From NCBI GenBank assembly GCA_965220485.1, contig OZ244832.1:1674882-1738881 (forward strand): a stretch of 64,000 nucleotides of DNA. The letters run 5' to 3'. The position numbers and the translations under genes were made by a program. This stretch comes from Candidatus Aldehydirespirator sp. GTDB lineage: Bacteria; Actinomycetota; Acidimicrobiia; Acidimicrobiales; Aldehydirespiratoraceae. Of this stretch, positions 62,001 to 64,000 are shown one piece after another (the stretch's first letter is position 1; each line of letters starts with the position of its first letter). The notes under the pieces are model-generated. The model made no database searches. It was given only the letters and a program-made list of their open reading frames with translations, and was not told the DNA's origin.

Positions 62001-64000
62001 CGGCACCGTGCGTGGCGTCACCTCCGCCGACGGCAGCGACGCCGCAGAAGACCCCGCAGAGTTCTGCGCCGTCACCGTGAACGTGTAGGCAGTGCCGTTG
62101 TCGAGCCCGATGACCATGCAAGAAGTCGCCCCCGACGTGGTGCACGTCGCCCCGCCCGGCGAGGCAGTCACCGTATAACCCGTGATCGCAGAACTCCCAG
62201 TGGACGAAGGCCACCGCCACGACACCACCACCGAACCGTCCCCAGCCCGAGCACTAACTCCGGTGGGCGCGCCAGGAACCGTCATCCCCGGCGACAGAGA
62301 AGTATCGACATCACCAAAAGACCGGTCCAAACTCCCGCCCGCACTCAAACGCACCACCGCAAAATCCGAATCAGTGTCATCGCCGTCGAAAGACTCCCCA
62401 GCCACAACGATCTTTCCGTCAGACTGCAACGCCACCTGCGCTTCGGGCTCGTCGCCGAAGCCGTAGTCAACGATTATCCCCGGGAAGGCGATACCGTTGG
62501 TGTCTAAGCCGGTGTCGAGACCGCCATCAGAGCTGTAGCGAACAACCGCGAGGCGCCCACCGGCCAAGAACTGGTGGCCATAGCCAGCTACGATGATCCT
62601 CCCGGTTGAGTCCAACACGACCGACGATGCATGGTCCCGACTGTCTTGGCCTTCGCCGCTGAAGTCGCCTGCTGCAATTAGATTCGTGGTGGTCTTGCCG
62701 TCGGTGTCGAAGCTGGTGTCCAAGCTGCCATTGGAGTTGTAGCGCACCACCGCGAAATCGCCGCCGTCACCGCTTCCGGCGACGACGATCTTGCCGTCGG
62801 ACTGCAGCGCGACGGCCGACGCTTCATCGATGCTGCTGGTGCCGATGTCTGTGGTGGTCTTGCCGTCAGTGTCGAAGCTCGTGTCCAAGCTGCCATTGGA
62901 GTTGTAGCGCACCACCACGAAATCGCCGCCGTCACCGCTTCCGGCGACGAAGCTGCGTCCGGCGACGACGATCTTGCCGTCCGATTGCAGCGCGACGGCC
63001 GACGCTTCATCGATGCTGCTGGTGCCGATGTCTGTGGTGGTCTTGCCGTCAGTGTCGAAGCTCGTGTCCAAGTTGCCATTGGAGTTGTAGCGCACCACCG
63101 CGAAATCGCTGCCGCTGGTTCCGGCGCCGAAGCTGCGTCCGGCGACGACGATCTTGCCGTCCGATTGCAGCGCGACGGCCGACGCTTCATCGATGCTGCT
63201 GGTGCCGATGTCTGTGGTGGTCTTGCCGTCAGTGTCGAAGCTCGTGTCCAAGCTGCCATTGGAGTTGTAGCGCACCACCGCGAAATCGCCGTCACCGCTT
63301 CCGGCGACGACGATCTTGCCGTCCGATTGCAGCGCAACAGAGAACGTATGGCTCGAATAACGTGACAGCAAGCTCGTGTCATACCCTGATGGGCTGTCAA
63401 GTTGCGTGGTCGTGATGCCGTCGGTGTCGAAGCTCGTGTCAAGGCTGCCATCGGAATCGTAGCGTGCAACCACGATGCCCAGCCCGAAGCCGGGCCGCAA
63501 ACCCCGGCTCGCACCAGCTACGACGATCTTGCCGTCGGACTGCAATGCGGCTGACCCCATGATGTCGAAGCTGTTGGTGCTGGCAGCCGTGATGACCTTG
63601 CCGTCGCTGTCAAACGCCGTGTCGAGGCTGCCGCTGGAGTTGTAGCGCACCACCGCAAAATCGTTGCCGCTGTATCCGGCGACGACGATCTTGCCGTCGG
63701 ACTGCAGCGCGACGGCTGACGCTTCATCGAAGCTGCTGGTGCCGATGTCTGTGGTGGTCTTGCCGTCGGTGTCGAAGCTCGTGTCAAGGCTGCCGTCAGT
63801 GTTGAAGCGAGCGGTAGCGAAGTCGTTGTTGCCTCCGAATGGTGTGGTTGTTCCTGCTATCACAAGCTTGCCGTCTGACTGCACGGCGACAGGCAGCGCA
63901 CTCTGGTCCATGTAGAAGTTCAGATCGGTGATGAGTTTGCCGTCGGTGTCGAAGCTGGTGTCGAGGCCACCGTTGGTGTTGTAGCGCACCACCGCGAAAT
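59043..64000 (-). CDS. Giant SLH-anchored surface protein, 5' end outside window: delta-60-type beta-propeller repeats, about 11 FN3 domains, Gly-rich linker, 3x SLH
   Basis: Repeats DGSLDTSFDTDGKTTTDIGTSS.DEASAVALQSDGKIVVAG..DFAVVRYNSNG have a ~60-aa period. FN3 blocks (P.AP..V.A....G...VSW..P...GGS.ITGY). G8 linker. C-terminal SLH-like triplet as in the 23300 gene. The frame is open to base 64000. Confidence 0.85.
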   Translation of the reverse strand, partial: FAVVRYNTNGGLDTSFDTDGKLITDLNFYMDQSALPVAVQSDGKLVIAGTTTPFGGNNDFATARFNTDGSLDTSFDTDGKTTTDIGTSSFDEASAVALQSDGKIVVAGYSGNDFAVVRYNSSGSLDTAFDSDGKVITAASTNSFDIMGSAALQSDGKIVVAGASRGLRPGFGLGIVVARYDSDGSLDTSFDTDGITTTQLDSPSGYDTSLLSRYSSHTFSVALQSDGKIVVAGSGDGDFAVVRYNSNGSLDTSFDTDGKTTTDIGTSSIDEASAVALQSDGKIVVAGRSFGAGTSGSDFAVVRYNSNGNLDTSFDTDGKTTTDIGTSSIDEASAVALQSDGKIVVAGRSFVAGSGDGGDFVVVRYNSNGSLDTSFDTDGKTTTDIGTSSIDEASAVALQSDGKIVVAGSGDGGDFAVVRYNSNGSLDTSFDTDGKTTTNLIAAGDFSGEGQDSRDHASSVVLDSTGRIIVAGYGHQFLAGGRLAVVRYSSDGGLDTGLDTNGIAFPGIIVDYGFGDEPEAQVALQSDGKIVVAGESFDGDDTDSDFAVVRLSAGGSLDRSFGDVDTSLSPGMTVPGAPTGVSARAGDGSVVVSWRWPSSTGSSAITGYTVTASPGGATCTTSGATSCMVIGLDNGTAYTFTVTAQNSAGSSAASLPSAEVTPRTVPDAPTAVSAVPGNALALVSWQAPGFDGGSDVTGYRATASPGGRSCTSADAAVASCTVTGLANGTAYTFTVTASNVAGSSAASAASAAVVPKAVPATPGRVSVEPEHESVVVSWRVPVSDGGSEITGYEAVADPGGLTCTASDPAATTCTITGLDNGTAYTVTVTASNAAGPSPPSAPAGPVTPRTVPDAPVSVTATEYEDGQSRIEWRAPGYDGGAAISGYEAVSDPGGHSCTTDDAAATACTVTGLTNGASYMFTVTAGNEAGASAASAPSLEVTPAGAPDAPGGVTATSVGGGSLEVSWTEPADTGGPGIVSYEATAEPGGQACAAFSATDCTITGLARGRAYEVTVTAENGARRTSPASSPVNAVVPADAPGAPHNVRATGGNGDARVSWAAPADAGADDAIIVGYTATAAAVGQTEDPHTCTAAGGTACTITGLTNGITYEITVVAENSYGLVSPASSPAASVSPQAPIGAPDAPSGVTATVEDDTATIAWTVPTASAGAPPGSGVLVYAGREDRAAARLQAPDPVTSYEVSASPGPGRCTAAATETSCTITGLAPGVAYTFIVIANNNAGPSTASQPSRPASVTAAAPGVPAITQATPGGGWALVQWAAPASDGGAAIVGYTATSAPSGRTCTASAAQRWCRIEGLANGAHTLTVTARNARGASEPSQPTAEVWVTAPTAVRAEPADPPGAGEVTVTWTAPDTSASTITITGYAATSSPGQRTCTAAAADTTCTVTGLVNDRVYTFTVTAERSDGLKAASAPSNRTTPKAVVAPPRRRSGGGGGGGGAPEPEPEPVSFSDVAPDDWHAPYVEHIARLGVTTGYPDGSYRPTQPITRAQMAVFLVRALDLDPVDKLAGRFDDVDLEAWYAPYIERIARLGISVGCNPRGTDYCPDDPVTRSQMALFLQRAFKLPDADNDAPTFEDIDTDHYAYNAVEAISAADITTGCNTDPPLYCGPRHVTRAQMAAFLSRVLTRLGNHAS

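Overview
64-kb, high-GC window that looks like an Actinomycetota chromosome. That assignment is an inference from gene content and synteny: a Streptomyces-type PHO box, a UvrD2-like helicase with HRDC, a class II DAHP synthase, nadD-LytR_C-rsfS, and a suf operon containing a Rieske gene. Backbone genes: pstSCAB-phoU plus a PhoR/SenX3-like kinase; two separated suf loci (sufC-sufS-sufU on +; sufB[intein]-TA-like pair-Cys4 ORF-sufD-Rieske-sufC on -); acyl-CoA dehydrogenase; helicase; class I fumarase; sigma factor. Accessory or unusual content: (i) an island directly after the DAHP synthase gene. It carries a Ppl-like PHP-phosphoesterase/SMC-type ATPase translationally coupled to a Schlafen/AlbA_2 protein, an XRE regulator, a diverged internal DAHP-synthase fragment and a Fic protein. 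(ii) A candidate UGSC-type selenoprotein (in-frame TGA plus SECIS-like hairpin) next to a thioredoxin-fold fusion protein. (iii) A type II R-M pair whose PD-(D/E)xK nuclease is cut by one in-frame TAG. (iv) An IS1182-like IS nested with a 101-bp MITE derivative and three copies of a 107-bp unit with palindromic ends. (v) A ~100-nt intergenic repeat family (6 copies, two with 43/44-bp tandem expansions) and several other tandem arrays. (vi) Two giant SLH-anchored surface proteins (S8 protease/cadherin; delta-60 repeat/FN3). No rRNA, intact tRNA or CRISPR array was seen. All protein-family calls come from motif recognition by eye, not from database searches.
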